Counted from the stretch's first letter, positions 16,989 to 26,978 are shown. The stretch is 57,892 nucleotides of DNA from an uncultured Candidatus Saccharibacteria bacterium (GCA_964565105.1 CAZMCG010000001.1:1-57892); one strand, 5' to 3'. Made by a program: numbers and translations. Notes: a model not told the origin generated them from the letters alone.

Positions 16989-17784
16989 GGGATCAAGAAC
17001 ACAAATTATCGCAACACTTGGCCCGTCATCAGTAAGTAGTGATGTAATAGAAAAGATGATCGGGTACAACATGGATGTTGCGCGCCTCAATCTCTCTTGG
17101 GGAAACCACGATGAGCACAGGCAGTTCATAAATACTGTAAGAGAAATAGGAAATAAACTTGGCAAGACGGTTCTTATTCTTGCCGATCTTTCAGGCCCGA
17201 GAGAACAAAGCAAGGACGGCCACCGTTTTAGCGGTAAGGAGGGTTCTGTTATTACTGAAAAAGATAAAAAAGATTTAGCTTTTGCTCTGAAGAATAAAGT
17301 TGAATATATTGCGCTTTCGTATGTGGGGAATGAATATGATGTTATTGAGCTCCGCAAACTTATAAAAGAAGGCGGAGGCAACGCAAAGATAATTGCCAAG
17401 ATTGAACGACGCGAGGCAGTTGATAATATTGACGGAATTTTGAAAGTAAGTGACGCGATTATGATCGCAAGAGGGGATTTGGGTAATGATTTTCCAATAG
17501 AAGCGATTCCGTTTATTCAACATGACTTGATTAACCTTGCCAAGAAAGCCGGTAAAACGGTCATTGTAGCAACCGAAATGATGCCCTCTATGATAAATAG
17601 GAAAATTCCAACGCGCTCTGATGTGACCGATGTGGCAAATGCCGTAATTTTAGGAGCAGACGCTGTTATGCTCTCTGATGAAACAACTATTGGTGAGTAT
17701 CCAGCCCTTGCGGTTAAAATGATGGAACGAATTGCAATAGAAGCCGAGGGGCGTGAGTTGGGGGCAAATTTTCACCCGCTCTAA
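16981..17784 (+). CDS. pyk: Pyruvate kinase, minimal form (A-domain barrel only)
   Basis: Contains TQIIATLGPSS, MDVARLNLSWG, ADLSGPR, KIERREAV, MIARGDLG, VATEMMPSM and MLSDETTIGEYP. At 267 aa, the B (cap) domain is reduced to about 15 residues and the C-terminal domain is absent. Confidence 0.8.
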   Translation: MSKGSRTQIIATLGPSSVSSDVIEKMIGYNMDVARLNLSWGNHDEHRQFINTVREIGNKLGKTVLILADLSGPREQSKDGHRFSGKEGSVITEKDKKDLAFALKNKVEYIALSYVGNEYDVIELRKLIKEGGGNAKIIAKIERREAVDNIDGILKVSDAIMIARGDLGNDFPIEAIPFIQHDLINLAKKAGKTVIVATEMMPSMINRKIPTRSDVTDVANAVILGADAVMLSDETTIGEYPALAVKMMERIAIEAEGRELGANFHPL

Positions 17785-17832
17785 AACTTTGAATAAACTC
17801 AACTTTGCGCGAATTTTTTGAAACTCCACAAA

Positions 17833-17874
17833 TAAACTTATCCTAATATTCTGTAGAATATTAGGATAAGTTTA
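17833..17874. other. Perfect 18-19-bp hairpin between convergent pyk and dnaX
   Basis: taaacttatcctaatattct-gta-gaatattaggataagttta. No flanking U-run on either strand. Confidence 0.45.
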
Positions 17875-17876
17875 CC

Positions 17877-17936
17877 TAAAAACGAAAATACCCGCCTCTG
17901 ACGGTAAGGCAAGGGTGCCTTCGCTGTCAAAGACGG
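17877..17936 (-). terminator. Long imperfect hairpin plus U-run (dnaX terminator candidate)
   Basis: On the minus strand: CCGUCUUUGACAGCGAAGGCA-CCCU-UGCCUUACCGUCAGAGGCGG followed by GUAUUUUCGUUUUUU. Confidence 0.45.
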
Positions 17937-18021
17937 ATTTAGGGCGCGTTAGGCGTCGGTCATAACTGATTCGGCTATCAGTACAACTCTTTTTGATTCA
18001 ATGCCACTCATCACGGGTCGC

Positions 18022-19224
18022 TCAGGATTTCGAATCTTTCAGATTTTCAATTATCGTGAGTTCAAGCGGGACAAGAGGGAAGGGGGAGTAACGCATTTCC
18101 GAATACGCGCGTATCAAAGACCTAATAAGCGCGATGGCCTTATCATCGTTTTTGATAAGCGCGCCGTGCTTTCTGATTTCCTCAATCTCATCTTTCGTTA
18201 ATTCTTTTTTGAAAATTTCCTCAAGGCTTGGGTCAAACTTCATAGCAAGAACACGGCGGAGATAGTGAAGTAAGTCTTTTGTAAGCTGAACCAAATTAAA
18301 CCCATCCTCGTTAATCTCCGCTAAATATCTAAGTGATGCCTTAAGGTTGCCCCCTAAAAGATGACCTGCGAGTGTTGAGGTGCGAACAAAGCCCACTTTG
18401 CCCAAAATCTGCTCTACATTTTCAAGCGCCATACCGTCACCTAGCGATGCGATCTGGTCAAGAAGCGACTCTGCGTCGCGAAAACTTCCCTCGGCCGCGG
18501 TTGCGATAAGCTCGAGCGCGGCCGAGTCTATCTTCATCTTTTCTTCCTTTGTAATCCTTACAAGCTTTTCCAAAATCAGCTGTCTTGAGATTCTCTTGAA
18601 ATGGAACCGTTGTGTGCGGGAAACGATTGTCGCCGAAAGTTTTTCATATTCAGTCGTCGCCAAAACAAAAATTGCGTGCGCCGGTGGCTCTTCTAAAATT
18701 TTTAAAAGAGCGTCAGCTGCATATTTAGTCAACTGGTGTGCTTCATCAATGATAAACACCTTATATTTATATGAGGTAGGGGAGAGGCGTATGCCTTCCT
18801 TTAAGCTGCGAATTTCGTCAATGCCCCTATTTGAAGCGGCGTCAAGCTCTAAAACATCAAGCGCCCCACCCTCGTCAATTTCTTTACACGGGCGGCACTT
18901 ATTACAGGGCTCTCCTTTTTTCCTGAACTTTTCGTCTTTAGCGCGTGTTTCGCAGTTGGCAAGCTTCGCGAGTAACCGTGCTGCAGTCGTCTTGCCGGTA
19001 CCTCTTGGCCCGTAGAAAAGATACGCGTGTCCTATTTTATTTTCCCCAGCGGCGTTTTTGAGAACCTCAACGACTAATTCCTGACCACTTAAGTCCTTAA
19101 GAGTTTTGGGGCGATATTTTCGATAAATTGCGAGCACAATGGGGTTAGAATTAATTAAGGGTTTATAAAATAGGAACTCAGTATTGTTACTATCTACACT
19201 TTCTATTATAGCGTACTGCTTCAT
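18022..19224 (-). CDS. dnaX: DNA polymerase III subunit gamma/tau
   Basis: Contains YRKYRPKTL, GPRGTGKTT, a Zn module CxxC..C..C, IIDEAH and SRTQRF. Confidence 0.9.
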   Translation of the reverse strand: MKQYAIIESVDSNNTEFLFYKPLINSNPIVLAIYRKYRPKTLKDLSGQELVVEVLKNAAGENKIGHAYLFYGPRGTGKTTAARLLAKLANCETRAKDEKFRKKGEPCNKCRPCKEIDEGGALDVLELDAASNRGIDEIRSLKEGIRLSPTSYKYKVFIIDEAHQLTKYAADALLKILEEPPAHAIFVLATTEYEKLSATIVSRTQRFHFKRISRQLILEKLVRITKEEKMKIDSAALELIATAAEGSFRDAESLLDQIASLGDGMALENVEQILGKVGFVRTSTLAGHLLGGNLKASLRYLAEINEDGFNLVQLTKDLLHYLRRVLAMKFDPSLEEIFKKELTKDEIEEIRKHGALIKNDDKAIALIRSLIRAYSEMRYSPFPLVPLELTIIENLKDSKS

Positions 19225-19318
19225 TCTTGTCTTAAAAATTAAATACTTAAACTTGATAAAAGACTTAATAAAAAATCAATTTATCACAAGTTATTACGAA
19301 TTACTACAAACCCATTAC

Positions 19319-19344
19319 AAGCTTAATTCGCGCGAATTAAGCTT
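19319..19344. promoter_or_regulatory. 26-bp perfect palindrome (candidate operator) upstream of the ArsR-family gene
   Basis: aagcttaattcgc|gcgaattaagctt abuts or overlaps TATAAT at 19344-19349. Confidence 0.5.
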
Positions 19345-19405
19345 ATAATGAATTGTATAATTATTATATAATTAAGGTATAATAATTTAAAAAGGAGTAA
19401 GAGGA

Positions 19406-19708
19406 ATGAAAAGAATGAGGAACAGTACAGGTCAAAAAATAGTGAATGCTGTGGAATTAGAAAAAATTCTAAAAGCTTTTGCCAATCGACGACGCATTCT
19501 AATACTCAAATATCTCAAAAAGGAGAGTGAGGCGACTGTTAGTGAAATCGCGGGCACAATCAAGCTTTCCTTCAGAGCAACCTCACAGCACCTACGCATA
19601 CTTGCAGGCCTTGATATTATAGAGCGAGAGCAACGAAGCCTAAATGCATATTACCGTTTATCAAAAAATCAAAGCGCGCCGATTCGTTCAATAATTTCGA
19701 TACTATAA
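19406..19708 (+). CDS. ArsR/SmtB-family winged-helix transcriptional regulator
   Basis: LKAFANRRRILILKYL....ATVSEIAGTIKLSFRATSQHLRILAGLDIIEREQRS. Confidence 0.85.
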   Translation: MKRMRNSTGQKIVNAVELEKILKAFANRRRILILKYLKKESEATVSEIAGTIKLSFRATSQHLRILAGLDIIEREQRSLNAYYRLSKNQSAPIRSIISIL

Positions 19709-19734
19709 CTAGTTACACATACTTACTACAAGTG

Positions 19735-19750
19735 TAATTCGCGCGAATTA
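19735..19750. promoter_or_regulatory. Second copy of the palindrome core (taattcgcgcgaatta) upstream of scpA
   Basis: The 16-bp core matches site 1 and shares the upstream ttactacaa context. Confidence 0.5.
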
Positions 19751-19849
19751 GGTATGTGATAATATGTATATATTTATATATATGTTATATGTTGAATCAA
19801 AAAATAAATAAAAATAGTAAGATTAAAATAAAAGCTGTAATGAAAAAGT

Positions 19850-20560
19850 ATGGATAAATATGAGTTGAATTTTGATACATTCAAGGGGCCTCTAGAAAAA
19901 CTTCTTGAATTAATCGAAGAAAAGAAACTTGAAATTACAGAGCTTTCACTAGCTGATGTAACTGGCGACTTTCTTTCGTATATAGAAAACCTAAAAGAGG
20001 TTAGCCCGCGTGTTCTTTCTGACTTTATTCAAGTTGCGTCCAGGCTGATTCTTATAAAATCAAGAGCAATTCTCCCACAACTTGAACTCACAGAAGAAGA
20101 GGAGGAGGATATTGTGGACATTCAAGAGAGATTGCGATTATATAAAGATTTCCGAAACGCAGAGGAGAATTTACGCAAGATGTGGGGTGGGCGCGCATCA
20201 TTTGCGCGCGAATATCTTGTCGGTTTTTCCGAAGGCTTTTATCTAAGCGAACCACTTACTTTAGATGATCTTCAAAGAGTAATACAAAAACTTTATGAAG
20301 AATCAATCGTACTTATTCCAAAAACTAAATCTATTGAAGTTAAGTTCGTAAGCTTAGAGGAAAAAATTGGAGAGCTCATTTTTCGGGTAGAAAAAACACT
20401 AGAAGCGAAGTTTGGTGATGTAGTAAGGGGAAAAGACCAATCCGAGATAATCGTGCTATTCTTAGCATTGCTACATCTTTTAAAAGAAAAAGTCATTGAC
20501 ATCAAGCAGGAAGAAATATTTTCAGAGATTCACATTTTCAAAAATATTTCCAAAAAATAG
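19850..20560 (+). CDS. scpA: Segregation and condensation protein A
   Basis: 236-aa kleisin-like ORF: F.GPLEKLLELIEEKKLEITELSLADVT..F, and LALLHLLKEK. Confidence 0.85.
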   Translation: MDKYELNFDTFKGPLEKLLELIEEKKLEITELSLADVTGDFLSYIENLKEVSPRVLSDFIQVASRLILIKSRAILPQLELTEEEEEDIVDIQERLRLYKDFRNAEENLRKMWGGRASFAREYLVGFSEGFYLSEPLTLDDLQRVIQKLYEESIVLIPKTKSIEVKFVSLEEKIGELIFRVEKTLEAKFGDVVRGKDQSEIIVLFLALLHLLKEKVIDIKQEEIFSEIHIFKNISKK

Positions 20561-20600
20561 AAGAAAAAAGGTAATATATAAAATATGATAAAAAATCGCT

Positions 20601-21197
20601 ATGGATAAAGCTGGACCCAGCTTGATGGGGCAGATAGAAGCTCTTCTATTTTTATACGGAGAGCCAGTAGCAATTAAAAAACTTGCCGAAGTTTTGAATG
20701 TTAAAAATTCAGAAATTCAAGAATCACTTGAAAATATAAAATCTATACTCCAATCTAATGACAGGGGACTTGCGATTGTAGTGTCTGATAATAGGGCGCA
20801 ACTTGTAACAAAACCCGCATTATCAGAAATTTTATCAAATACCATTAAGGGTGAAGTGAATACAAACCTTACTCCAGCAAGCCTTGAAACTTTGGCAATT
20901 GTTGCATATCTAGGTCCGTGTCGACGCTCGCTTATAGAACACATTCGCGGGGTAAACTCAAGTTTTATTTTAAGGAGCCTTTTGGTGCGTGGAATTGTGG
21001 AGCGCAAACCAGACCCAAGGCGGAAAAATACCTTTCTTTATCAGGTAACATTTAATCTACTTCGCCATATTGGGGTTGACTCTCAAAAAACATTACCAGA
21101 ATATGAAAAATATAGAGAATTTACAAAATTTTTTACAGAGTCCCCTGTGGGCTATAGCGTAGATGATAAAAATAAAGAAGTGGGGAAGCGAGAATAA
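20601..21197 (+). CDS. scpB: Segregation and condensation protein B
   Basis: Contains IEALLFLYGEPV..KKLAE, LS.ASLETLAIVAYLGP and IRGVNSS..L..L..RG. Confidence 0.85.
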   Translation: MDKAGPSLMGQIEALLFLYGEPVAIKKLAEVLNVKNSEIQESLENIKSILQSNDRGLAIVVSDNRAQLVTKPALSEILSNTIKGEVNTNLTPASLETLAIVAYLGPCRRSLIEHIRGVNSSFILRSLLVRGIVERKPDPRRKNTFLYQVTFNLLRHIGVDSQKTLPEYEKYREFTKFFTESPVGYSVDDKNKEVGKRE

Positions 21198-22149
21198 AAT
21201 TATAAAAACTACAATGCGAAATATTTATAATATCACTCTTAAAAACCTATATGCATACTTCGCTTTATGCATCATTCTTATACTTATATTGCTTGCAATT
21301 CAAACTATAAGTTTTTTCGAGGAAAAACCCGTTGACAAAGTAGTTGAGAAGGAGGTGGCGGTAGAGGTTATAGCAGTAGAAATAAAGGAAGTAGTTGTAG
21401 GGGAAACCCTAGTCGGGACCACGACGCCGACTCCCATAACAAGAGAATTCGCTTTTTCTTCGGCAGGAGCCTATGCAATAGATGGGAACTCTCTTTACAA
21501 GTTCCGCACCGAAAAGCGTTGGCCAATAGCTTCTATAACAAAACTTATAACAGCCCTTGTTGCGTATGAAAACCTTGAGTTGAGTAGGGTTATTAAAATT
21601 ACAGAAGAGGCAATAGCCACAGAGGGAGGTGCAGGAAAATTTAGTGCAGGTGGAAAATATACACTAGACGACTTAGTGAAAGCCGCGATACTTGTCTCAA
21701 GTAACGATGCAACCGAGGCTATCGCCATCTACTATGGCAGGGATGATTTTATCGCTCTTATGAATAAGAAGGTAAAAGAAATTGGAATGACAAACACTTC
21801 TCTTGTTGACCCCACTGGTCTTTCAATTCAAAATCTCTCGTCGGTCGAGGATCTGTATAAACTTTCTAAATATATTTTACTAAATGAGCCACGCATTTTT
21901 GATATATCAACAAAAGAGGTAAAAATTATTACTGAAATTACAAGTAACTTAAATAGGCCACTTAAAAATATTAATTTCTTTGCTGGGCACACGGGGTTTC
22001 TTGGAGGAAAAACTGGTCGCATACCCGAATCAAATGGCAATCTTCTTTCTGTCTTTAATCTACCCAAAAAGAAATCTGAGGTTATAATAATTGTACTCGG
22101 TGCCGATGACCGCTTTCTAGAAACAGAAAAAATTTTAAATGACTTATGA
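21163..22149 (+). CDS. D-alanyl-D-alanine carboxypeptidase (S11, PBP5/6-like)
   Basis: N-terminal transmembrane segment, then SITK (SxxK), SSND (SxN) and GGKTG (KTG). An alternative start is the ATG at 21214. Confidence 0.85.
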   Translation: MIKIKKWGSENKIIKTTMRNIYNITLKNLYAYFALCIILILILLAIQTISFFEEKPVDKVVEKEVAVEVIAVEIKEVVVGETLVGTTTPTPITREFAFSSAGAYAIDGNSLYKFRTEKRWPIASITKLITALVAYENLELSRVIKITEEAIATEGGAGKFSAGGKYTLDDLVKAAILVSSNDATEAIAIYYGRDDFIALMNKKVKEIGMTNTSLVDPTGLSIQNLSSVEDLYKLSKYILLNEPRIFDISTKEVKIITEITSNLNRPLKNINFFAGHTGFLGGKTGRIPESNGNLLSVFNLPKKKSEVIIIVLGADDRFLETEKILNDL

Positions 22150-23189
22150 TAGTTGAAGAGGCAATTAGGATATTAGCGCTGACACTCATCGCGTTTGTAA
22201 TTGCATTGACTGCCACGCCATGGGTTTTGAAATTATTAAAGAAGTTCAACATAAGGAAGCAGATTCGCACTTCAGAATCCGCTCCTATTTTTTCAAGCCT
22301 TCATAAGGGAAAAGAGGGGACGCCAACAATGGGGGGGGTTATTATATGGGGAACAGTCCTTTTCTTGGCGATTATCTTTTTTCTATTCGACGTATTTTCC
22401 AACGGAGGATTTGGAAATTTCAATTTTATAAACAGAGCTGAGACTTATTTGCCATTAACAGCACTTGCTCTTGCTGCACTTATTGGACTTGTAGATGATG
22501 TGGCAGGAGTTTTAAAGATAGGCCCCAAGGGTGGGGGACTTACTATGTCTGGTAAAATTTTGGTTTATATTTTGCTATCAGCACTAGGGGCATGGTGGTT
22601 TTATTTTAAATTAGAATGGACAGAACTGTATATTCCATTTATTGGAGGCTTTGATGTGGGTGCGTGGTATATACCAATATTTATGTTTGTAATAGTTGCA
22701 AGCGCATTTTCAGCAAATGAAACCGATGGGCTTGATGGGCTTTTGGGAGGGGTGTCTCTTTTTGCATTCGGCGCCTTAACGGTCGTCGCGTTTACTCTTG
22801 AAAGGTTTGATTTGGCAGCGATGGGTGGCGTAATACTAGGAGCGCTTCTTGCGTTTTTATGGTTTAACATATACCCCGCAAAGTTTTTTATGGGCGATAC
22901 GGGCTCAATGGCGCTTGGCATAACTCTAGGAGTTATGGCGATGCTTACGAACACTATGGTGCTTTTGCCACTTTTTTTCGCAATTCCGGTAATCGAATCC
23001 GCATCGGTCATAGTCCAGACAATCAGCAAAAAAGTTCGTAAGAAAAAAATATTTCTATCCACACCAATACATCACCACTTTGAGGCAATCGGCTGGCCGG
23101 AATCGCAAATCACCATGCGGTTCTGGATTATCTCCGTTATTGCAACAGGCCTTGGCCTTGTTATATTTTTTATAGATAGACTTATGTAG
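22146..23189 (+). CDS. mraY: Phospho-N-acetylmuramoyl-pentapeptide transferase
   Basis: Polytopic membrane protein with KEGTPTMGG, NETDGLDGL, GDTGSMALG and PIHHHFE. Confidence 0.95.
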   Translation: MIVEEAIRILALTLIAFVIALTATPWVLKLLKKFNIRKQIRTSESAPIFSSLHKGKEGTPTMGGVIIWGTVLFLAIIFFLFDVFSNGGFGNFNFINRAETYLPLTALALAALIGLVDDVAGVLKIGPKGGGLTMSGKILVYILLSALGAWWFYFKLEWTELYIPFIGGFDVGAWYIPIFMFVIVASAFSANETDGLDGLLGGVSLFAFGALTVVAFTLERFDLAAMGGVILGALLAFLWFNIYPAKFFMGDTGSMALGITLGVMAMLTNTMVLLPLFFAIPVIESASVIVQTISKKVRKKKIFLSTPIHHHFEAIGWPESQITMRFWIISVIATGLGLVIFFIDRLM

Positions 23190-23254
23190 GGATTTATTGG
23201 CCCATTTAAGCTTTGTGCACTTTAGTGTAAAAAGCTGATAATAATTGGTGTATA

Positions 23255-24742
23255 ATGAATTACACAATGAGCCTACTTATAAGAGACGCCCAAATTATTG
23301 ACGGCAAGGGTAAGAAGTCATATAAGGCTGATGTTTTGATACAAAAAAATATTATATCAGCAATTGGAAATTTGAAATCAAGAGGCGCTGATAGTGTTAT
23401 AGATGGAATGGGGCACTATCTTGTCCCCGGATTTATTGACACCCACACAACAGCAGATCATTATCTTTCGCTTTTTGATAATCCGCAACAAAGTGATTTT
23501 GTAAACCAGGGAGTCACCACAACAATAGGGGGTCACTGTAGCTCATCATTAGCTCCTCTTTTATATGGCACATTAGAATCTATAAGAAAATGGTCAAGTC
23601 AACCTGAAATAAATATAAATTGGCACACCTTCAGTGAGTTTTCTCGGGTCTTAGAGCAAAAAAAACTTGGCGTCAACTTTGGCACACTAGCGGGACACTC
23701 CACAATCCGACGCGCTATTGCAGGAGACAGGGCACGACTTCAACCGATAGAGCTTACAGCACTCAAGAATATCTTAGGTCAGGCTCTTGATGAGGGGGTG
23801 TTTGGGTTGTCGGTTGGACTTGAATATATACACAGCGGAAGCGCACCCCAAAAAGAGCTCAATGAACTTGCAAGGGAAGTGTGCGCCGCAGATGCTCTTT
23901 ATTCAATTCACCTTAGAGATTATGGAAAGGGCCTCCCAGGTGCAGTCAAGGAGGCTGTTGATATCGCGGAGAAAAACGGAGTTCGCACACTAATAACACA
24001 CCTAATGCCGATCAAGGGAATGGAGAAAGAGTACGAAGAGGCACTTAATATAATAGAAAAAAGTAAGGCGGAAATATATTTCAACCTCTATCCACATCCT
24101 GTTAGTATAAAGCCGATCTATACTCTCCTTCCAAAGTGGGCGCAAGTGGGAAACATAGACCGTATACTTGAACGTGTTCGCGATAAGAACGCAGTCAGGC
24201 TTTTGAAAAAAGATATGGACAATATAAATGTAGAAGCAATTCAAATAGCATCTGCTCCTAAAAATGAGTATATGGTCGGAAAGTTCCTAAAAGAAATTGC
24301 AGAAAATCTAAACAAAACTCCACTTAATGCACTTTTTGATGTGATGAATGTTACGGCGCTTCGCTCTACAGTCTTTTATGAAAATATAAACAAAGATGTG
24401 TTGAGAAACGCGCTTATGCACGAACACGCGATTATAACAGCGTATACAAATTCGTCCTCGTCCAAAGAATTTATCGTGCATGAAGAATCAAGGCACGCTT
24501 TTCCTCGATATATAACACGAGCGCGCGAGTGTGGCGTCTCTCTTGAAAATACAATAGCAAACATTACTTCAAAACCAGCCAAGCTATTGCGAATACAAAA
24601 AAGGGGAGTGATAAATGAGGGAGGGGTTGCTGATCTTGTAATACTAAATAAGGCAGATCTTGATATAAAATATGTTCTTATCGGTGGGGTTGTTGTTAAT
24701 AAAAAAGAACATATGGGAGCAATTCTCAAGCATAAGCAATGA
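23255..24742 (+). CDS. Amidohydrolase-family protein (D-aminoacylase-like fold)
   Basis: N-terminal beta-sandwich with GMGHYLVPGFIDTHT and a C-terminal VADLVIL. The usual HxH metal motif reads THT here. Confidence 0.7.
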   Translation: MNYTMSLLIRDAQIIDGKGKKSYKADVLIQKNIISAIGNLKSRGADSVIDGMGHYLVPGFIDTHTTADHYLSLFDNPQQSDFVNQGVTTTIGGHCSSSLAPLLYGTLESIRKWSSQPEININWHTFSEFSRVLEQKKLGVNFGTLAGHSTIRRAIAGDRARLQPIELTALKNILGQALDEGVFGLSVGLEYIHSGSAPQKELNELAREVCAADALYSIHLRDYGKGLPGAVKEAVDIAEKNGVRTLITHLMPIKGMEKEYEEALNIIEKSKAEIYFNLYPHPVSIKPIYTLLPKWAQVGNIDRILERVRDKNAVRLLKKDMDNINVEAIQIASAPKNEYMVGKFLKEIAENLNKTPLNALFDVMNVTALRSTVFYENINKDVLRNALMHEHAIITAYTNSSSSKEFIVHEESRHAFPRYITRARECGVSLENTIANITSKPAKLLRIQKRGVINEGGVADLVILNKADLDIKYVLIGGVVVNKKEHMGAILKHKQ

Positions 24743-25833
24743 TGAAAAGAAGGGGCAGTGTTGACTATGTTATTTTAGCCTCCGTAATCCTACTTGTGTT
24801 AATTGGGTTTGTCGCACTTGCCTCCGCGTCTTCTGATTTGGGAGCGCGGCACTTTGGCGATGCGTATCATTATCTAAAACAACAGGCTTTACACGGATTC
24901 GCGGTGGGCATCCTTGGTTTTCTAGTTGGCTATTTTATTGATTATAAGCGTTTTAAAAAATTCACGCCGATATTGTTTATAATCACATTAGGCATACTTT
25001 TGTTAACATTTACACCACTCGGCGTTTCTGCGGGTGGCGCGCTCCGATGGCTCCAGTTGGGGCCGATTACCATACAGCCTTCAGAGCTTTTAAAATTATT
25101 TTTTATAGCATATCTTGCGGCATGGTTTGCTGGAAAAAGAGGGGATAGGCAAAGAAGTATTACAGAAGGATTTCTCCCCTTTCTCTCAATATCCGGTATT
25201 GTTGGGGCTATTCTTCTCTTGCAACGCTCTGCAAGTGCAATAGTTATTATACTTTCTGGAGCATTTGCTGTTTATGTTGTGGGGGGAGCGCGAAAGAAAT
25301 ATATTTTCGGACTCACCATACTTGGCGTTGTTGCGCTCATTGGAATTATCATTTTAACTCCGTATAGGCTCGAGCGTGTAAAAACCTTACTTGAGCCTGG
25401 GGCAAACATACTGGACTCTGGTTATCACCTAAATCAAGCATTAATGGGAATTGGTTCAGGTGGTATAACTGGGGTCGGCTATGGCCAGTCAGCTCTAAAA
25501 AACACCTTACCAGAAAGAATGGGGGATTCTATATTTGTTATTATAGCAGAAGAATTTGGATTTATAGGGTCCATTGTCTTGATAGGGTTGTTTCTAACGC
25601 TTACTATACGCATTCTTATACTTGCCAAAAGATCACGAGACGAATTTGGTAAGCTTCTCTTGATAGGGTTTGGAACTATAATAGGGCTTCAGGCGTTTAT
25701 ACATATAGGGGCAAACTCTGGACTTATTCCCTTAACCGGAGTTACTTTGCCATTTATAAGCCTGGGAGGAACTTCACTTGCTGTGTTTATGACAATGAGT
25801 GGAATTATACTTAATATAAGTAAAAGAATATGA
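24739..25833 (+). CDS. ftsW: SEDS-family peptidoglycan polymerase FtsW/RodA
   Basis: About 10 transmembrane segments, with QPSELLK, DSIFVIIAEEFGFIG and PLTGVTLPFISLGGTS. Confidence 0.9.
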   Translation: MMKRRGSVDYVILASVILLVLIGFVALASASSDLGARHFGDAYHYLKQQALHGFAVGILGFLVGYFIDYKRFKKFTPILFIITLGILLLTFTPLGVSAGGALRWLQLGPITIQPSELLKLFFIAYLAAWFAGKRGDRQRSITEGFLPFLSISGIVGAILLLQRSASAIVIILSGAFAVYVVGGARKKYIFGLTILGVVALIGIIILTPYRLERVKTLLEPGANILDSGYHLNQALMGIGSGGITGVGYGQSALKNTLPERMGDSIFVIIAEEFGFIGSIVLIGLFLTLTIRILILAKRSRDEFGKLLLIGFGTIIGLQAFIHIGANSGLIPLTGVTLPFISLGGTSLAVFMTMSGIILNISKRI

Positions 25834-26978
25834 AAAAAGAATTTCGACTAATAGTAACAGGTGGAGAAACTGGAGGGCATATATATCCATTAATTGCCGT
25901 GGTTTCTGAATTTCAATTATTAGCAGCAGAAAAGGGTATACAACCAAATGTGCGTTACCTAGGCTCGCCTGGACAATTTACAGAAATGCTAAAAATAAAT
26001 GATATTAAGGTAAAAAAAGTTTTTCCAAGTAAGCTGCGCCCATATTTTTCAATTTGGAACATAGTTGATATCCCTAAATTTTTTATAAGCATTGTCCAAG
26101 CACTTTGGAAAATCTATTGGTTTATGCCAGATGTCGTTTTTAGTAAGGGAGGCCCCGGCTCATTGGCGGTGGTGCTTGTCGCAAGGTTTTATAGAACAAA
26201 AATTGTTATTCATGAATCAGACAGTGTGCCATCACGAACTAGTAAGGTTACAAGTAAGCTCGCCTTGGTGATTGCGGTTGCGTTTCCATCTACCCTTGAC
26301 GCTTTTGCGGACAGGGATGGTAGGGTTGAGCTTGTTGGGGGCCCTATTCGCAAAAGCCTTTTTGTAAACCCAGTATCATATAAAAAGGCTCGCGAACATT
26401 TTGAGCTTGATTCTGAAATTCCACTTATCTTAATACTGGGAGGCTCATCAGGCGCGACGCGCATAAATAATTTTATTTTAGATAATTTAAAAGATCTTCT
26501 TAAAATAACACAAATTATCCATCAAACTGGTTGGGCAAATTATGAGACTGTAATGGGTGAGTTTAATGTGTTAAAAAAAGAGATGGATGATGAGGTGGCG
26601 ATGCGTTATAAGCCAGTAGATTTTTTTAAAAACGATATACACACCGCTCTTATAGCATCTGACATCGTAGTCACTCGCTCCGGCGCAAGCGCAATTTTTG
26701 AAATTGCAGCATTTGGTAAGCCATCTATTTTAATTCCACTTCCTGAATCTACGAAAAATCATCAATACCACAATGCGGTAGAATACGCAAAAACAGGTGC
26801 AGCGATTATATTAGAAGATCAAAATTTGCTACCGCATTTATTTCAAAACCAAATAAAAAAACTCTTAACAAATCCGGAGCAGTTAATTGCAATGAGTGAG
26901 GCAGCAAAAAAGTTTTATCGCCCGGATGCCTCCTTGAAATTAGCGCAAATTCTTATCAAAATGGAGAGCAATGAGTAG
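25830..26978 (+). CDS. murG: UDP-GlcNAc:lipid I N-acetylglucosaminyltransferase
   Basis: Contains TGGETGGHIYP, ILGGSSGA, RSGASAIFE and NHQYHNA. Confidence 0.9.
   Translation: MKKEFRLIVTGGETGGHIYPLIAVVSEFQLLAAEKGIQPNVRYLGSPGQFTEMLKINDIKVKKVFPSKLRPYFSIWNIVDIPKFFISIVQALWKIYWFMPDVVFSKGGPGSLAVVLVARFYRTKIVIHESDSVPSRTSKVTSKLALVIAVAFPSTLDAFADRDGRVELVGGPIRKSLFVNPVSYKKAREHFELDSEIPLILILGGSSGATRINNFILDNLKDLLKITQIIHQTGWANYETVMGEFNVLKKEMDDEVAMRYKPVDFFKNDIHTALIASDIVVTRSGASAIFEIAAFGKPSILIPLPESTKNHQYHNAVEYAKTGAAIILEDQNLLPHLFQNQIKKLLTNPEQLIAMSEAAKKFYRPDASLKLAQILIKMESNE

Noticed and set aside
17877-17940. SRP (4.5S) RNA next to dnaX, by analogy with the ffs-dnaX-recR arrangement.
   Set aside because: The hairpin lacks the GNRA (GGAA) tetraloop and the AGCA/GGA internal-loop signature on either strand. 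It lies downstream rather than upstream of dnaX and is followed by a U-run on the minus strand, so it is better read as a terminator.
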